Virus record (IMG/VR): IMGVR_UViG_3300029922_000029
Location: 1-64,000 of that record
Reading direction: 5' to 3' (one strand)
DNA length: 64,000 nucleotides
From: a virus
In this document: piece after piece, positions 60,927 to 64,000 of the stretch
How the letters are laid out: the number at the start of each line of letters is the position of its first letter
How positions within the stretch are numbered: position 1 is the first letter of the stretch
The notes under the pieces: generated by a model
The model's database searches: none
What the model was told of the DNA's origin: nothing
Seen by the model: the letters and a program-made list of their open reading frames with translations, nothing else
Program-made: the position numbers and the translations under genes

Positions 60927-61409
60927 ATGAGCGCAATTCTAAGCCCTGACCTTAAGTACCGCTATGTCCTGACTCGCCAAATCCCACAAGCGGTGAGGTG
61001 GGTGAAGCCCTGTCTGTTTGTAATGTTAAATCCATCGAAAGCAACAGCCGAGCTCGACGACCCCACAATCCGGAGATGCCTTGGCTTTGCGAAACGTGAA
61101 GTCTGTACCTCGCTGACAGTCGTCAATCTTTTCGCTCTCCGGTCCACCGACCCAAAAGCGCTTCTGAAAGCAGAAGATCCAGTGGGGATAGAGAACGACC
61201 ACCATATCCAAGAGCAGGTACTTAAGCACTCCACGGGCTGGATCATTGCGGCATGGGGCGCTCATCCGATGGCAATCAAACGAGCCCAGCATGTCATTCC
61301 GATGCTGGGTGATGTTCACTGTTTGGGTACCACCAAAAACGGAAGTCCGCGGCATCCGCTCTATGTGAGGTCGGATCAACCGTTCGTTAAATATAAAGGA
61401 GCCGTATGA
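60927..61409 (+). CDS. DUF1643 family protein
   Basis: YRY.L.R, MLNPSKA...DDPTIRRC, VNLFA.RSTDP, AAWG and G.PRHPLY motifs. Confidence 0.92.
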   Translation: MSAILSPDLKYRYVLTRQIPQAVRWVKPCLFVMLNPSKATAELDDPTIRRCLGFAKREVCTSLTVVNLFALRSTDPKALLKAEDPVGIENDHHIQEQVLKHSTGWIIAAWGAHPMAIKRAQHVIPMLGDVHCLGTTKNGSPRHPLYVRSDQPFVKYKGAV

Positions 61410-61569
61410 CCCCAGCAGAAACAAAAGCCTACAACAAAGGCTTAGAAGCCGCAGCCAAGCTGGCGGGTTACCAAGTCTTTGAGGTGCGGGATGAAAAGAA
61501 CCGACTGCACACATGGCAAGTCGGAGAGGCTATCGCGAAGCTGATCCGAGCCAAGAAAAAGAAAGTCAA

Positions 61570-62667
61570 ATGACTCTCTACCAACTGTGGGAGCAAATTG
61601 GAACTATCGGGCTAAGGGACTCTGATCCCGGCTGCTTCAAGTTCTACCAGCTTCAGGAGCGTAGAGCCTACGCCGGCGACCACCAGCCTGTGCTAGATTT
61701 GATCAAGTACCTACTGAAGGAGCGTGACCATTACAGGGACTTATTCCTGGATAAAAAACTCAGCGAGCCGTTGCCACCGATAGTTTTGTGTAAGTGTTGC
61801 GCTCCAGCCGTGCAACTAGAAGGACCAAAAACAAAATGACAAAAGACGAAAGAAAAGTCCTCCGTGATCTAGCTAATCAATCTACCTTGGTGAATGCCTG
61901 GTATCCCCATCACGGCGGAAAAGATAGTACGGCCGAAGCAACAGTCCGCGGTCCGTTCAATCGTTGGTTCAAGTGCACAAACATTGAGCTTAAGTACAGC
62001 CATCATGTCGCTGAAGACTACGACGACTGCCGGTTCGCCGCGGCCGCGATGAATAATCTGGTCCCATTACTGGATGAAGTGGACCGACTGGAGGCCGAGA
62101 CCAAGAAGCTGCGAGCCCTTGTCAACAAAAACGCTGAAGCCTGCGAAGGGCTGAGCCAGGAAATCGACAGACTTTGCCGCGCGCAGAACAATTCCAGATA
62201 ACCCAGCAGTACAACCCCAGGAGAATCAAAATGAGTGTCCAAGCCCATGTCCAAACTGTGATCAACAAGATTAACGAAAAGGCTGAGCGCAATACCGAGC
62301 AAACGGTAGAAAACCTCGTGAATAAAATCATCTCGACCAAAGCCGACATTGCGCAGAGCCAAAAGAACCTCGTGGAGTACACCAAGCAACTCAAAGAGCT
62401 TGAGATGCCTACGCCTGTCACGTTGGACCTCGAATAATGGAGGTCTCACTCGTACTCAAAAATTGGGGCATCAAGCAAGATGCTGAGACAAAGCTTCCCA
62501 AGCTGGTCGGCTCTTTCGGAGTCATGGCTGGCGAGAAAGAAATTAGTTCCCAGGAATTCAATGAGGGTTACACACATAAGAAAGTCACCTTCAGCCCAGG
62601 ACTCACTACGAAGATCCAGACTCTTGAAGCAGAGATCCAGGCGGAATTGACCCAGCTGTTGTCGTGA
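61570..62667 (+). other. Small hypothetical ORFs
   Basis: ORFs at about 61570, 61836, 62231 and 62437. Confidence 0.65.
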
Positions 62668-62685
62668 GGTAGGATCATCCTCTGT

Positions 62686-62760
62686 TCCGGGGTGCACCAC
62701 AAGTAGGTGAGCACACTGTTAATGTGCCGTATGCTGGAGCGTTACCAGCCCCCGGAGCCA
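62686..62760 (+). tRNA. tRNA-Asn(GTT) with non-canonical D and T loops
   Basis: TCCGGGG/CCCCGGA-G-CCA acceptor, CACC/GGTG D stem, GCACA-CTGTTAA-TGTGC anticodon arm and GCTGG-AGCGTTA-CCAGC T arm. Confidence 0.88.
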
Positions 62761-62790
62761 TAAATCAAACGCTGACTTCTCTTCGGAGGG

Positions 62791-63129
62791 TCAGCGTTTT
62801 TTTACTTTACCCATCAGAAGCGGCCGCAAAACCGCCCTGAACATCTGAGCCGCGATGTGCTCGACGATGAGCTCCTCGAGGTCCTCGTGGAGCGATGTGT
62901 TCTCGACTCCGAGTTCGTCAAGCACGGCATGCCCGAACTCGTGCAGAAACGTTTCCCAGCGGTGAGCGCTGTCCTGAGTCTGGTCAATCTTGATGGTTCG
63001 GGTTTCTGGATTCGTCGTACCCACGACGCCATCCTTGAGGTCAGCCGTCAGCTTCACCTTCCAGTGGTGACCCAGGATCCGCACGTACCGCGGGATATCG
63101 GGAAGGTCAGCCACGGTAGAGCTCGCCAT
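62791..63129 (-). CDS. HExxH (ImmA/IrrE-like) small metallopeptidase-domain protein
   Basis: GTT.....IKID...ETFLHEFGHA...EE. Confidence 0.75.
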   Translation of the reverse strand: MASSTVADLPDIPRYVRILGHHWKVKLTADLKDGVVGTTNPETRTIKIDQTQDSAHRWETFLHEFGHAVLDELGVENTSLHEDLEELIVEHIAAQMFRAVLRPLLMGKVKKR

Positions 63130-63889
63130 TCCAGAAGGCCTGGACGTCTCCCTTTTTAATGTCGGTCTCGTGGATCCGGATCGGCTCGTGGTGGAACCAA
63201 CCGCTCGACGGATCGTAGTGGATGATGGAGAAGCCAAGGCTCCAGTTCGGCGTCTGCTTCAGGTACCGGAACACGTCCATCCGCTTGTCACCCAACCACC
63301 CCGGGCAGATCGCGACTTTAGGCTTCTGGTCGAGGCCTACCAAATAGGCTTCCTCAGCCCGGTGCACGTGCCCGTAGATATGCGATACCAGCGCGCGCTG
63401 AACACTGAGGCGAGGATTCGGGGCAAACGGCTCGTGACGGGCCCAGAGATGAGATCCCAGTACCTGGTGGCGCTGATCCGCGTGGTAGGGGATCCAGGTC
63501 CAATGCTTGCGCTCGTGCATCTTGAACAAGCCTGAGACGGAGTAAATACCGTAGAGCGGCATGGCATTTTGGATCAGGAACCGCTCGAGCCGGAACTCGT
63601 GATTTCCCTCGAGGTAGATCTTCTTGACGCCGTGAAACGCGGAGTCGAATTCATCCAGCCCCACATTGACGTCATCAATCTCTTCCTTGGCACTCGGGAT
63701 CACATCCGGGTGCCGTAGCCCATGCATCTGGAAACCGTAGAAGTCGGCGTAATCGCCGAGCACCACGAGTTCGTCCAGGCGGGGTAGCTTCTTTGCTATT
63801 TTCATCGCGAGCGCGTAAGCCCGGCGATGATGGAAGGGGCGGTGTGTATCCGGAATCACGAGCGCGATCTTGGATTGTGCCATCTCCAC
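63107..63889 (-). CDS. Calcineurin-like metallophosphoesterase
   Basis: PDTH.P, LGD..D, EGNHE.R and GHVHR motifs. Confidence 0.9.
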   Translation of the reverse strand: MEMAQSKIALVIPDTHRPFHHRRAYALAMKIAKKLPRLDELVVLGDYADFYGFQMHGLRHPDVIPSAKEEIDDVNVGLDEFDSAFHGVKKIYLEGNHEFRLERFLIQNAMPLYGIYSVSGLFKMHERKHWTWIPYHADQRHQVLGSHLWARHEPFAPNPRLSVQRALVSHIYGHVHRAEEAYLVGLDQKPKVAICPGWLGDKRMDVFRYLKQTPNWSLGFSIIHYDPSSGWFHHEPIRIHETDIKKGDVQAFWNGELYRG

Positions 63890-64000
63890 AAGCCTGACAT
63901 GAGCGCGTCCTCAGTGCAAATTTTTACACTATACGTGTGTAGTCGGAGATTGGCTCTAGTGGCCCAAACTAATAAAATAATGCTATTGTGATAGTCTTGT

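Noticed and set aside
62761-62795. tRNA-associated theta (HDV-like) ribozyme after tRNA-Asn
   Set aside because: Only a simple CGCTGACTTCT-CTTC-GGAGGGTCAGCG hairpin with a T run, which is a terminator.
58855-63889. Either phosphoesterase as the SbcD/Mre11 partner of SbcC
   Set aside because: Both are short, distant from sbcC and resemble stand-alone phage phosphoesterases. The partner is probably outside the window.
1-64000. Stop-codon reassignment
   Set aside because: Recognisable genes are full length and end in TAA, TAG or TGA under the standard code.

Overview
A 64 kb slice of a large dsDNA bacteriophage genome. It has dense, mostly + strand small ORFs with ATGA overlaps, no recognisable host housekeeping operons or virion genes, and the standard genetic code. 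Replication/recombination genes: 5'-truncated primase-helicase, DinG/XPD helicase, SbcC/Rad50, DEDDh exonuclease, Gp3-like recombination protein, PD-(D/E)XK exonuclease and a RecU-like resolvase. There is a probable origin (large inverted repeat, 25.07-25.53 kb) and four glycosyltransferases, one split at a G5 run. Host-takeover candidates: two Fis-HTH proteins, XRE, DksA/TraR and a stand-alone ClpX zinc finger. RNA genes: a tmRNA, an adjacent tRNA-like RNA with a 68-nt D-loop insertion, a tRNA-Asn with a rewired elbow, and several unannotated structured RNAs including a ~195-nt rod with its own promoter. The best candidates for new biology are (1) an Apyc1-like metallo-beta-lactamase fold protein that has lost its metal-binding histidines and may be a nucleotide sponge, found with Tad2/DUF2829-like, RyR, SLOG and phosphoesterase genes, and (2) the non-canonical RNA set. 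All family calls come from motifs recognised by eye, not from database searches.
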